Positions 40,001 through 53,882 of a stretch of 64,000 nucleotides of DNA are shown here, in pieces; position 1 is the stretch's first letter; each line of letters opens with the position of its first letter. Below the pieces are notes generated by a model. That model did not search any database. It was not told where the DNA came from and worked only from the letters and a program-made list of their open reading frames with translations. The translations under genes and the position numbers were made by a program. Origin of the DNA: Octopus vulgaris (lineage: Eukaryota); NCBI GenBank assembly GCA_951406725.2, contig OX597822.1:32426001-32490000 (forward strand), in the 5' to 3' direction.

Positions 40001-41372
40001 CAAACTTTATTATAACATCGGATCCCCTACGTGGTCAGTAGAACAGTTGGAAAGAGCAATTTGCCATCAATCACATTTCATTTCTTAAGACAGAGAAAGA
40101 GAAATTAAGTAGTTTTAGATGTATAATATTTAGATAAAATACCAGATAGTCGCGTGAGGAGTGTCTTTTCTCAAATGTCTTCTGGATCAAGGGTTACCTG
40201 CAGTGAATCACCAGCATGAATTATCCAACCTAATCTATTAAAAGATATCAGAGGTATATTTAAACTGGTGTAAATTAAATAATTTCATAAGAAATTTGTT
40301 TAACCAGTCTTCTCATCGTATGCACCATCCTAATAGAATATTTTCAAACTCTTAATTAGCTTCGCTATTGAAAGTCAAATATTTATTGTCGTTCCTTCAT
40401 AAAATTCGCTTTCCTCGGGCTATATAATCGAAGAGTCTTTTCAGGTTTTTCCCAAGTCGATCAATATCATGTTTAGTTGTTCATGTCTTTTGTATAACTA
40501 ATTCTCATTTACAACACGAACATGATAGCCTCCCCTCCAAAATTTTTCATCTTATCAAAGTAAACATCTCTTACAGAATAAAATACCGAAGCCTTGCAAT
40601 AAATGAATACACGTGAGGGTTTATATGATTAGATTATTACATAAATTGTAAATCGAAATAATTTTTCGGTAATATATTTTTCATCACAGAAAATATTAAA
40701 AGATTATGCGTAGGTGGCTTATTTATGAGGAGGAGAAAACGTACATTATTTAAGTTGTTCGTACAGTTGAGAAGCTTCAGTAATGAGGTTTATAAAATCA
40801 TTTGCATGTACTTTATACAACCAATACAAAGTATGATAGTAATCATATTTTATATTATCTAATAGAATGATACATTTACTGTGATGAAACAATATGAAAG
40901 CAGAAATGTTATATTTGCTTTTGTTGATAGTTTTGAGCATACAAATATATTGAGAAAATGAATGTTGTAGGGAAATAATAGTTTTAGGAATTCCATCTTT
41001 GTCTTTTCAATCGTACTGCTTAATTTTTCTTCGTTTACAAATTGATTATAAATTATTCATTTCATGATATAAAAATGATAACTTTATATTCATACTTGTT
41101 CCGTGCTGAATGATGATGCAGCGCCAACATAATATGAATAAATCTTGGCAAGCATAGTTTTTGAAACAAATTTTCAATACAATAGCGAAGTTGACGTAAA
41201 TACATTCAATGCAAGAAAAAAGAAGAAAACACTGAAAAGATAAACATAAGTGATTATGTGGTAAGGAAAACAGCATTATTAATGAAATACAGATCTTACT
41301 TTTTATTACTTCAGTAACACAACAGTTTGGGATTGTTAGAATTATTACCACGATGGAAAAATATCATCATTC

Positions 41373-42330
41373 GCGGCGAGTTGGCAGAAGCGTTAGCTCG
41401 CCAGGCGAAATGCATAGCAGTATTTCGTCTGTCTTTACCTTCTGCGTTCAAATTCTGCCGAGGTCCACTTTGCCTTTCATAATTCCGTGGTCAATAAATT
41501 AACAGTTGCGTAGTGGAGTCCATCTAATCGACTGGCCCCTCCCCCAAACATTTTTGGCCTTGTGCCTAGGGTAGATAAGAAAACAATATTTCTTCCAGTA
41601 ACGTTAGCACACCTGGCGAAATGCTTTGCGGTATTTCGTCTGATGCTCCGTTCTGAGTTCAAATTCCGCCGAGGTCGACTTTGCCTTTCCCCCTTTTAGT
41701 ATTTTATCCCATCTAAGCAAAGAATTACGATTAAATATCTTTTTCTTCTTCTTTCATCATTTCGGGGTCGATTAAATAAGTACCAGTTACGCACTTGGGT
41801 CGATATACTCGTCTTAATCTGTTTGTCTGTCCTTGTTTGTCCTCTCTGTGTTTAGCCCCTCGTGGGTAGTAAAGAAATAGGTATTTCGTCTGCCGCTATG
41901 TTCTGAGTTCAAATTGCGCCGAGGTCTAATTTGCCTTTCATTCTTTCGGGGTCGATAAATAAGTACAACTTAATCCGTTTGTCTGTTCTTCTTTGTCCCC
42001 CCTGTGTATGGCCCATTGTGAGCAGTAAAACAAATAGGTATTTCGTCTGTTTTTACGTTCCGAGTTAAAATTCCGCCGAATTTGACTTTGTCTTTCATCA
42101 TTTTGGGGTCGGTAAATTAAGTATCAACTCTCCTCCAGCTCCTAAAATATTTCGTGCCCTGTGCATAGAATAGAAAAGAATATTTCCTCCGGCACATTAC
42201 GTCCTTAGTTCAAATCCCGCTGAGATTCTCTTTGCCTTGTCATCTCTTCGGTTCTGATAAAATAAAGTGACCACGAATTATTAGATCGATGTTGAGGTTT
42301 AAAACCCTATTGAAAATTTTAAACTTTGTA
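41373..42330 (+). mobile_element. Cluster/tandem array of family B SINE units
   Basis: At least five partial units. Junctions aaata|ggtatttcgtctg at 41880 and 42037. Confidence 0.8.
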
Positions 42331-42762
42331 CCTAAATAAAATAACAAATACATCAGTAAGATAAGGATGCTGGATTAGCGGTCGGGCGGAATCGGTACAG
42401 AATTAGAATAAAATCTTTGTGTTCGAATTCTTTGAGTTTAAATCACACCGATATTATAATAACATTTCATCGTTTCGATGATTCAAAGAACCTACGTCGT
42501 CGTAATGGATTTAAGTTTACTCTCAGATTTGGTTCCAAATTATGGCAGAATATTAGAAGTTTGGAGAAGAAGGTGGCAAGTTGATTACATCGACTCCAAT
42601 ATTCAACTGATACTTAATTTATCGACACGGCGGCATTTGAACACAGAACGTAAAGACGGACGGAATGCCGCTAAGCATTTTTCCCTGCACGCTAATGATT
42701 CTGACAGCCTGTCGCCTTGATTATCTTGAATATGAGTGTCTTTCTGCCTAAATGTGAGCGTT

Positions 42763-42801
<39 letters not shown>

Positions 42802-44742
42802 ACTATTTTTTTTTGGGTGGGGGGCACCAGTTTGAATTTAGACTTTCAACACTCCAGCAACAACAAAACATTGTGCCGTACAAGTATTAGAATTGATTTA
42901 ATCGTCTTAAAACCTCCCCGCAGACGAGATTGCACCGCGTTCGGTAATGTAGACTGTTGCCATGCGAGAGCAATTTTTCTACAGTTAAATATAACATAGA
43001 ATCCTCTACTTATTTTAAATTGTGATATTTGTTCGATTCAAACATTTCTCGAACCGCTAACTTACAGAGTCGTAACTACATCAAGACAGCTTGACAAATG
43101 GTTGAGTGCAAAGCAGATAAAAGGACCCACCAATACCCTCAAACACACACTCGCATGAACTCAAGCATATGACTGCCTTTCAAAGATTCCGTCTAACAAA
43201 TTCAGTCACAAAGCGTCGGTCGATTCAATGGGATTGAACCGGAATAGTGAATGTTGCAGAGGAACCAACCGCTTAACCTCGTAATTTGAATGTATAAGGG
43301 TAAAATGTATTAGTCTAATATGTATTAGATTAAAATGCATTCAAATTCATCTGCATAGGAATGTAAATATATATAAAATTCTTTTCTAATGCTAATTTGA
43401 ACATGAATGTTCCATTCCATTTAATAATACATTCATTCATCATTAATAACACATAGATAAAAGCAATTAAATTCGAATTCATAAACGAATATTTTTTTAA
43501 GAATGAGAAGGTAATTTTTTATTATATATTCTAAAACATATCTTCCCTTCTATGTTGTTTTGATTATCATTATCAAATCTATATAGAGAAAAATAAACGA
43601 GAATTACTGATAAATGTGCATCTTAAAAATAAAAGAACCTATTACAATATAAAATTTACTTCGCTTCACAGTCACGTTGATATTTCTTTGCATTTTTTCT
43701 AAAGTCATTCAAAATAGACTCGTGTCTTCACATATGAAATGAATGCTTCGCCAAAGGAATTATGATTTTCATGAACAACTCAAGTGCACACAATATCTAA
43801 AGATAAAATATTAGTTATCGATATTTCAAATATTCCTTTTTTTATTATTATCATTGTAGATAGAACATCTATTTTATTTCTCGACTACTACCACTGACAA
43901 AACGTCACTCAGAAAATAATTATTTCTTTATTGCGTGGGTGTAATTCAAACTGGTGAATCATTGAAAATATTCTGAACGTAGATCCGGTTCAAATCTCAT
44001 GTGAATACGTCCTGACGCTGAATCAAAGAAGAATAAATAAATAAATAAATAAATGAAACGTATACAAATGAGTGTGAATGTTCAATAAGATTGGTTTATA
44101 TCGAATTTTTTTAGCCACTGTGGTGCACTACAGGATATATAAAGATATATATATATATATACGCTACTGGAGAAGCCAATTTTAACAGAGTAACCAATAA
44201 TTGATTCATGCCACATTTTGAAAACATTTTTACAAAATCTTATGGATAAACTTGATTGAAAGAATTTCATGCAGTTCTTGAGAATATAAACTTCTCTCAC
44301 GACATACATCTGTCGCCATTAAAGCTGCCACGAGTCTAGAGTTCGTCATCAGTCTTTTGGTCATCGTTACCAATATCACTATTTATCATGACTTTAACAC
44401 ATTTACACCACCCTCACAGATACACACGCAGAAGTAGAGAGACAGAGAGGTAGATGGATTGATAGACAAATAGATACTGGTATATTTACGCATACACATA
44501 CAGTCATACAAGTGTATGATGCATATCTGTATGTATAGTTTGCATACAGTATGTCTTTATATGATTTCTCGTTTATCATTTTTCACATGCATTCAGGATA
44601 AACCAAACTTATTTGAATTCCTATTGCTTATGAGATATTAACGGCTGATAATGAATTTACATATATACTTATAGGTGTGTGCATGTGTATATGCATATCT
44701 GTCTATCTATCTATCTACCTATCTATCTATCTACATATCTAC

Positions 44743-44787
<45 letters not shown>

Positions 44788-45439
44788 TATATAGTGAGAG
44801 AGAGGGAGATGTCCGTATGCATTATTTAAATTGTGGATTCTGATTATATTCACTTCAATAAAGCTTGAATAAGTTAATAATACCAAAGTTTTCATTTAAA
44901 TATTTTAACACATAAGAAAAAATATTTAAACACATTAGAAGATAATAACGTACTGGTTTAAAATAATATAGCATCGATATTTCTAAGAAAATGACGTATG
45001 TATACCACCTCCACCACATAAGGATATCTAATATGGATATCTAATAATGTGGATATTGAATAGTATGGATACTGAATAGCAATCAATAAAAAGTAAAATA
45101 GTAATTAAAAAATCAATAGATTATGTCGTATATCACACACACCTTAAGTTTTTTTTAGACATTGTAAAGAAATTGGTTTTGCATGTGCGAAGGATAGGTA
45201 ATATTTAAATTCTATATATTGAATAAGACGTTGAATATATATGAGCTATTCCCTACAGAAGCCCTAATATTAAATTTTATATTAAGTTAAAAAGGCTATT
45301 CAAAGGATTCAATGTTATATAATGATGAATGTTTTTTCATAGATCTGCATATAATATAAATTTATAAAAGACTATTTAACTTCACAGATCCAATACTGAT
45401 TTTTGTGATGAAATGTAGTACGTGTTTCACGCAATCATA

Positions 45440-45640
45440 CCGCAGTTCAATTATAGGACAAGTCTGACTGAACAGGCTTATAATCGAAGGTGTTCAACCG
45501 TTAGTTGTCGTGACATTTTTTTCGGCATTAAGTGGATGCAGTGTTACATCATCTACTTACGAAGCGCTATGACATGATTACAGGAAGATTTAACAATTAT
45601 TATTAGCTCTTGATGTGACTGCGTTGAGGCTCCTCTTTGA
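45440..45640 (+). repeat. Old interspersed repeat (related relics at ~38080-38250 +, ~40010-40210 -, ~51190-51230 +)
   Basis: Shared remnants such as cagacctatga..aaggcattc..., tgatttgagg..gatttg..tgc.att..tagc. Confidence 0.4.
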
Positions 45641-45654
45641 CTTCTTTTGGTACT

Positions 45655-46060
45655 CTTTACTCTTTTACTCTTTTACTTGTTTCAGTCATTTGACTGCGGC
45701 CATGCTGAAGCACCGCCTTTAATCGAGCAACTCGACCCCGGGACTTATTCTTTTTCTAAGCCCAGTACTTATTCTATCGGTCTCTTTTGCCGAACCGCTA
45801 AGTAACGGGGACATAAACACACCAGCATCGGTTGTCAAGCAATGCTAGGGGGACAAACACAGACACACAAACACACACACGCATATATATATATATATAC
45901 GACGGGCTTCTTTCAGTTTCCGTCTACCAAATCCACTCACAAGGCGTTGGTCGGCCCGAGGCTATAGTAGAAGACACTTGCCCAAGGTATCACGCAGTGG
46001 GACTGAACCCGGAACCATGTGGTTGGTAAACAAGCTACTTACCACACAGCCACTCCTACG
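45655..46060 (-). mobile_element. SINE family C, full length
   Basis: Reverse complement of 13734-14175, with (AAAAGAGT)-like tail repeats. Confidence 0.88.
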
Positions 46061-46686
46061 ATAATTATTATTGTAAATGTGTTACGGTCATGTAAGCTTC
46101 GCAAATATGTTTCACTTTTCTTTTAAATGAAAGAAATGCTGTTTTCAAAATACGATTCATTGGCTTTTCTCAGAAACTGAAAAATTTGATCGTAATCTAT
46201 TACTTAAATGCAGTGTACTTTTATAACACTTCTATATAGATGCACTACATAAACACTCTTTTCATTCTCAGGCGTGAATTAGATTTGGCCCCTTCTCTCT
46301 GCAATTATCGTAATGGCTTCATCAGATTAGAAAGGTCGACAGAAACTTTTGGACAAGTTACTTACGGAGAAAAAATTTGTACAAATACTTCTGTCAGAAG
46401 AGAGTCCGAGACACCAGTAGGTGACCGGTGTCAGTGAACCCCACTGATAGATTACTCCATCTACCATAGACAAGCTTTCACATAGATTCCATTTTCGAAA
46501 TTTCACCTATAAGCAATAGGTCTTCCTGAGACTGTTATAAGAGGCACCATCTTAACGTCTTCTACCATAGGATCGAAACGCGTTGAAGATTAGTTGTAAA
46601 ACGAATTGCTAAGCTTTATTGATGAACATTTACGTATGGTTATTCATATTTTCAAAGGATATTGTAAATCCATTTCATAATATATC

Positions 46687-46721
<35 letters not shown>

Positions 46722-47372
46722 TCATTTACTAAAAACACAACTGTGACAGCTATTTTTGCCTGCATCGTGGTAACTTATATACATCTAACTACGTTAACGC
46801 TGAAATTTCAGTGTCGAACCAATTTATTCTCACGTAAAAGGGAAATTTACTGTCATCTGCTGGAAAATATATAGACATCGAAACATTTACCCAAGCGATT
46901 ATACGAGAGCTTTATGATTAAGAGGCTGATTATGCAGACAGGGATCATTCAAACCATGATCAAGATATTATTGCTTAAGTTACACAAGAATACGTTACTT
47001 TGTATACTCATACCTCAACTTTTTAAAGCGTTACGGTGTTACATTATTCAAGAGGCTAATTGTCAGAGCGTCAAACGAAACGCTTCGCAGTATTTGCTAC
47101 GCCCTGTTTACTCTTTGAATTCAAATTGAAATGCTACAGCTTTTACATTTGCCTTTAATGTTTCTGGTGACGATAAAATGAAAGCCAGTGAAGGATGATG
47201 AGCTGCTGGAATTGTTAAAGAAACTAGCCAGCAAACGAATTCCTGGCAATTGTTCTGGCATTTTGGTCTTACGAGTTCCAATCTCAGCGAAGTCATATCT
47301 GCTGTCCATCCTTCAACATTCGATAATTTCACACACGCAGACACACACATGCACACACATATATGTGTATGA

Positions 47373-47412
<40 letters not shown>

Positions 47413-47414
<2 letters not shown>

Positions 47415-48606
47415 CGGGAAGCTTTATGAAAATAGACAAAAGACGAAGGCAGGTTTACGGAAATAAACAAAAGACGAAGGCAGGTGGAATACAAACAAAC
47501 AATTGTATTAGTATGGCGCTCAGGAAATATAAATAAAACAAGTCTTTAACGTTTCGAGCCTACGCTCTTCAAAGGGAAAGATACACAGAGAAAAAACACA
47601 GAAAGAAGGAGAGAAAAAAAATATGCGTGCAGAAGCTAGCGAATCAACATGGCGATCTGATTTCGGCCAGAAGTCAAAGATCAAACATGAGACGCAAGAG
47701 CGAAATTAGGGGAGATAATAGGTTTGAATGACCTCACTCCAACCTAAGAGTGTGTGTGTCTGTGTATGAGATGAGTGTGTGTGTGTGTATGAGAGAGTAT
47801 TAGTGCGTATGAGAGGTCTGGACGTGTGTATGTATATATGATGTGATGTATAAAGTCGTATAGTGTAGTGTAGAGAGAGGAGAAGAGGGGGGAGGTAAGG
47901 GGGGAGAAGGAAAGGGGAGAAGAGGGGGGAAGGGGAAGTGGGAGAAGGAAGGAGAGGAGAAGAGGAGGGGGAGAAGGAAGGATAGGAGAAGAGGAGGGGA
48001 GAGAAGGAGCGAGGATAGAGGGAGAGGGGAGAGAGGGAGAGGGGAAGAGAGAGAGAAGGAGAGGGAGGGAGCAGAGGGAAGGGGAAGAGGGAAGAAGGAG
48101 GGAGGGAGAAAGAGAGAAGAAGGGAAGAGGAGTAGGGGTGAAAGGATGAAGGACTGAAGAGAAGTAGGGGTCGGGGGGAGGTTAGATGAGAAGGGGAGAG
48201 AAGGGGTTAGATGAGGAGGGGGGAGAGTTGAGACCAAATGGCGTATAAGAGCGAAGAGAGAAGATTAATTCCTGTTTACGGCGCAAACGGGAATCCGGAT
48301 GGCCTCTGTGTAAGGACAAACCGAACACAGACAGGTGTTGCAGGAGTGACCGGTGGAGCGGAAATGGCGTGAGACCGGTGTGTCGTTCGCAAGGCGGATG
48401 TCACGAAGGTGTTCCGCGAACCGGTCAGCCAAGGGGCGTCCCGTTTGTCTGATGTACAGGGAATGGCAGAGAGAGCAAGAGACGCAATAGATAATATTGC
48501 TGGAGGTGCAGGTGAAGGAGTTGATGATGCGATAGGGTCGATGATGAGTGCCAGTGAGGAGGGTGGTGTTGGAGAGGTAAGGGCAAGTGCGCAACGTGGG
48601 CGGGAG
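47413..48606 (-). mobile_element. Penelope-like element 3' fragment (same Neptune-like family)
   Basis: [34 protein letters not shown], polypurine tract 47870-48230, degenerate HHR 47543-47581. TA-rich microsatellite on both sides. Confidence 0.88.
47543..47581 (-). ncRNA. Degenerate minimal hammerhead motif
   Basis: - strand: TCTTT-CCCTTTGAA-GAGC-GTAG-GCTC-GAAA-CG-TT|AAAGA. Helices intact, CUGA box mutated. Confidence 0.5.
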
Positions 48607-48793
48607 CATATATGTATATATGTATATATATATGTATATATGTATATATGTATATATGTATGTATATATGTATATATGTATGTATATATGTATATATGTA
48701 TGTATATATGTATATATGTATGTATATATGTATATATATACATATATATATGTATATATATATATATGTATGTATATATGTATATATATATAT

Positions 48794-48835
<42 letters not shown>

Positions 48836-49957
48836 GTATATATGTATATATAGTCTAAATTCTAATACCTTAATGTTCTTAACATTAAAATCAACATCTC
48901 TATCTGTATATCTACCCTCTTTATAATGTTATCAATTAACATGGGCATAAGTATATGTATTGATGGAATACCTCTATAAAGGGCTGATGATTGCTCAACA
49001 TTTTATAACTGTTGTTGATAGGTAACTTTGGAAGCATATAAATGCCGTCATGCTAATGATAAGAAAAATATGGCTTCCATTTAATAGTTATGCTTAAACA
49101 TTTCTCATTTTTATAAGTACTTTGATATATACCCACTCACTTCCTTTTTTTCTTCATTCTCTTACCTTATGATTCATTCTTTCCACTCGTCCTGCTTTAT
49201 TTAAAGATATATCTATTTATATCTCGCATATGTCCACTCACCTTTTCTGTTTATGATAAAAAGCATGTATAGAGAAAGGATCACACCAACCATACTATCA
49301 ACTGACATTTATAGCAGATATTGTACGTCTATATATTACGAGAGTAAATCTTGAGTTCTGAGTTAGACGTGCGACTACTACTGTATGAGTTCGAACCCCG
49401 CAAAGATTATCATTATCCAGTCGACGACGAGAATAGTAATTGGCCGAGTACTTTTCTCAGAGGTGTTACTAGTCATGAGATACAGAGCATTAGTAGGAAG
49501 TAGGAAAAGCTCCAATATGAATATCAAGTTCTTGCGAATATTACACCATTGCAGTTATCTGGAACTCAGCATCGTTCGAGAAACATTTTATCACATTTTT
49601 TATATTGTTCCTATGATGAACCGTAGCGGGTGGGTTTTCAAATTCGCTGAGATTACCCAGTACAGAACGACAAATAACTGCATTGAGATAGCATACGTAG
49701 AATCAAAATACTTATACTGATATTTATCTGAATTCTCGCTAATTTGTATATATAACATGAAATTTTTTTTTTTTGTCAAGTAAGATATAGTTGCGAATAA
49801 ATCTGTTACAATTATTAAACGTCCTTATTCAAAATTTCAATATATCTAGAACTCATAAATTCAAATACATGTTAGAAAATATTTATGAAAAGTAATGAGG
49901 ATGGATTTCTTACTTTGCTGCAGAAAGGTGCTCTCAAAATCGGTCTCTCTATCTCTA

Positions 49958-49958
<1 letters not shown>

Positions 49959-50035
<77 letters not shown>

Positions 50036-50062
50036 CCTCTCTATCTATCTATCTATCTATCT
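49959..50062. repeat. (TCTA)n microsatellite ((GATA)n also at 57333-57406)
   Basis: Directly visible. Confidence 0.95.
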
Positions 50063-50610
50063 AGGGAGAGTTCAAAAAAAGAAAAACAAAAGACGAAGAC
50101 AGGTGGTGTAGACAACAAACAGATGTATTAGTATAACGCTCGGGAAGCCAAAAAGTTTTTAACGTTTCGAGCCTCCGCTCTTCCACAGTTTGAAACGACA
50201 GAAAGAAACAAGGAGAGAAATAAAGAATGTGTAGTGTCTAGCGATCTATCATGGCAAAGGCTGGACAGCAGACCTAAGAAGCTAGCGTTACACAGGAGAG
50301 CTAGGGGTAAGGGGAGATAACAAAGTGGTGGTAATCCCAAAACGAAGTGGCGTGTGCGAGTGTATAAGAGAGTTTCGATGTGTGTGAGGAAGAGGGCTGG
50401 TGATCTTGACGTGTGTGTGTGTGTAGGTGTGTGGATGTGGGTCTGGGAAGTGGTCGGTGCTGAGGTGTACGTGGTGGTGTGTTGTGATGTGTTGTGTTGT
50501 ATCGTGGTGTAATGGTGTGTGGTGGGGTGTGATGGTATTGGGAGTTGGGGGTTGCGGGAGCGAGGAAAGCAAGGGTGAGGTGTCGATTAGGCTGAGGGTG
50601 GTGGTAGAGG
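50063..50610 (-). mobile_element. Penelope-like element 3' non-coding end (related subfamily), interrupted by a SINE at its 5' side
   Basis: Terminus aaagacgaagacaggtgg...aacgtttcgagcc is similar to 27623/47413. GT-rich tract. Abuts (TCTA)n. Confidence 0.75.
50156..50190 (-). ncRNA. Degenerate minimal hammerhead motif
   Basis: - strand: CTGTGGAA-GAGC-GGAG-GCTC-GAAA-CG-TT. Confidence 0.5.
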
Positions 50611-50614
50611 TATC

Positions 50615-50842
50615 TATTACTTTACTACCCACAAGGGGCTAAACACAGAGGAGACAAACAAGGACAGAAAAACGGATTAAGTCGATTATATCGACCCCAG
50701 TGCGTAACAAGGTGCTTATTTAATCGATCCCGAAAGGATGAAAGTCGACCTCGGCGGAATTTTAACTCAGAAGGTAGCGGTAGACGAAATACTGCAAAGC
50801 AGTTCACCCGGCACGCTAACGTTTCTGCCAGCTCGCCGCCTT
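50615..50842 (-). mobile_element. SINE family B, full length, inserted in a PLE remnant
   Basis: Imperfect TSD agggtggKggtagaggt(a)tcta at 50595-50616 and 50847-50867. Confidence 0.85.
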
Positions 50843-52158
50843 TAGTAGGGTGGGGGTAGAGGTTCTATCTATCTCTCTATGTGTGTGTGTGTGTGCATAC
50901 GTTGGTATGTATGCAAATAAATAAATATATTTATATATATAACCACATATATTCTTTTATCAACGAGATGTAAATAGTAACTATATATCAGTGTGTGTCA
51001 TTAACCAGCTGGAAAAGACGTTTTCCTGAGGTTAAATTGTAGTAATACAGTTCTCTATATGTCATCGTGGCCAAAAATGCCTCCGCCTGGTATTGCTACT
51101 ACTTATATTTCGATTGCAGATTTTAGAACTAACTATTTTGTTCGTTATGAGATCTGCAGTTGTCTGCCGCTTCTCTGTTTACATATTGTGAGTAAGGACG
51201 TTTGATTGCCATCTTTAGCAGGCAGATATCGAGTACCGATGAAGTGGAAAGACTCAGAAACCATATTCAACTGGTCTTGCTAAACTGGAGGGTAGTAATT
51301 TGCTACCTTACTCATAATATATCGGACACAGGTTGTATGTTGTTAACTAGCTGAAAAAGACGTTTTTCCAGGGGTTAAAACGTAGTAACATAATTCTTTA
51401 TGGAACAGCCATGTTACAGTAACATAGAAAACGTTATCGTATTCTTTCATTCCTTTAAGTATGCCGTGTAAATTGAACACTGATACTGACTGCACATAGT
51501 CCTAAATAAACGTGATTTTGTCCTTGTAAATTGAGTTTGAAACGACGAAAAAATAAGCCAACCTACGCGTAAAACATCGGGCAAATCCCCACCTCGGTAT
51601 GATATGTGTAGTATGTTATGTTGTAGGTCGTATGTTATTGTGCCTATGAAAGTTATAAGTGCAATTATATACAGTTTGCCCAGATTTATATAGAGTTCAT
51701 ATAATTCCATTTTATACAATAAGTATTGTGATTATTGTCAGTTTGCATATGTAATCACAAGAGCGAGACTGTGTGTCACTGATTAATGTTAATGTGAAAT
51801 ATTATGTGCATGCAGGTACAAATATATCTGTACGGGAGACTGTATGGAAGAGTAAGTATTTATATACATTTCATGGGGTGCGACTACACAGCTTGGAGAT
51901 AGACGTTTACACGTAGGCCTCTATCCGCAAATAGATATATAGCTGCACAGAGATAAATGCATATGAATGGGTCTATGACCACGAGCACATATTTGTATAC
52001 GGTAGACACATATATAGGCATATGGAGATATATGTGTACATGCGTCTGCATGTACATACAGACGTATTTACATGCATGCACATGTATATAAATACGTGTG
52101 AGTCAGGTGTGTGTCACCACACCGCTAAATATGTGTGTGCATCTATATACATACATAC

Positions 52159-52235
<77 letters not shown>

Positions 52236-52298
52236 TCCCGGGTTGAGTCGGGGTTAACCACAGTCAATAAGGTACTCAATACATAGCAGAGTAAATTA

Positions 52299-52429
52299 AT
52301 TTATTTTATAGAAGGAGCTTCTACAGGACTAGAACTGTTTCATTCAAAAGAAATCATCAGGAAGCTTCCTGATGATTTCTTTTGAATGAAACAGTTCTAT
52401 CCTGTAGAAGCTCCTTCTATAGAATAAAA
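52299..52429. repeat. Loop-less ~130-bp palindrome containing two divergent hammerhead-like cores
   Basis: Centre GGAAG|CTTCC at 52364/52365. The arms differ by about one substitution and one indel. Each arm reads CTGATGA-TTTC-TTTT-GAAT-GAAAC-AGTTCTA-(G)TC. Confidence 0.9.
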
Positions 52430-52464
52430 TATAAAAATATATATATATATATATATATATAATT

Positions 52465-52764
52465 GAAGGCGCAATGGCCCAGTGGTTAGAGCAGCGGAGT
52501 TGCGGTCGTAGAGTCGCGGTCCTAGAATTCCCAGACCGGGCGTTGTGAGTGTTTATTGAGCGAAAACACCTAAAAAGCTCCACGAGGCTCCGGCAGGGGG
52601 TGGTAATCCCTACTGTACCCTTTCACAACACTTTCTCCCACTCTTTCGTCTGTTGGCCTGCTCGCTTAGCCAGCGGGGTGGCGTCATTCGAAGGCTAAAA
52701 CAATGCCAACGCATTGTGACCAGCGATGTGTAACAACATCTGATGGTCTGGTCGGTCACGTGAT

Positions 52765-52771
<7 letters not shown>
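52465..52771 (+). mobile_element. SINE with family A head and an alternative tail ending ggtcacgtgatcacgtga|(TA)n
   Basis: The head matches 36935/13090. Sequence after ~52640 is unrelated to the other tails. Confidence 0.8.
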
Positions 52772-52814
<43 letters not shown>

Positions 52815-53882
52815 TCAAAAACTTGCGTATGTGCGAGCGTGAATACTTTTTAGTTTGGAGGGTGTCAACCCACTGCCTCATGAAATATATATATATACAC
52901 TCACGCACATATATATCTATCTATCTCATATGTATATATATATATATATCAAAAATGATACAGTAGCGTTCTGTTCTGTTTATAATTTGTGACATCAAAT
53001 ATTCATTATCAGGTGTTACAAGATATATCTATGAAACATCAAGTATAAAATCTATATATTAGCTAACTCTACCTGAATGCCTGCTTTACTTTTTTGTGAA
53101 TAATACGATAGAATAGTGAAATGCTTAATTTGAGACGTCACGCACACTGATTGCCTCTATCTATTACTCTTTCTTCGGTATCATTCCCATCCTTTTTCTT
53201 TCTCCAGATCCACTTCTCGTTCACCTGCCTGTCTTCTCCAACTCTTACACACTCGTATAATATATTTTCTTACTATGAATTTTTGCATAAGTTATACATC
53301 AATCTGTCCCTATGTATGTGCATTAATTACATGCACCTCCCCCTTTATCTGTTGCGCATTCTTTCCCTGTATGTGTGTGTATATATGTCTTTATGTCTTT
53401 ATGTATGCATTAATAAACATTTAAACGCATATAGACGTAAATATTAGTGTGTATATATATATATATATATATGGGAAATTGAGGAGAAATAAAGATAAAG
53501 CCAAGAAAGTATGATAAAATTAATAACTAGATACGTATATATTAATTGACAGACAGACAGAATGGCAGATAGATAGATAGATGCTGGATTATGGACAGAA
53601 AGAGAAATAGGAAATATGCTAATAAAATGTATTTTAAAAAATCAGTAAATAAACTGAAGTATAAGAATAGTTGTGCGATACTGATTAGTCTAACTGTTCC
53701 GTACTCATTTCTTTCTCTTTTCAGCGTAACAAAAATATTAGATCTAATTACGGAGGCGTTCATCATGGAATCATTGAAGAAGTAGCATAAAGTGTGACTG
53801 TTCTTAATTGAGATCCTTCAAAATTTTAGTTTTTTACGCACAGTCAAAAGTGAATCTGATGAATGAAAATGTAGAACCTTAG

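Noticed and set aside
30200-45400. Host gene exons in the repeat-poorer interval
   Set aside because: No ORF with recognisable protein features. Short exons cannot be excluded without transcript data.
51232-51285. CCGATGA...GAAACCA...TGGTC hammerhead-like string
   Set aside because: Two extra nt between helix II and GAAA, and a poor helix I. Compatible with chance.
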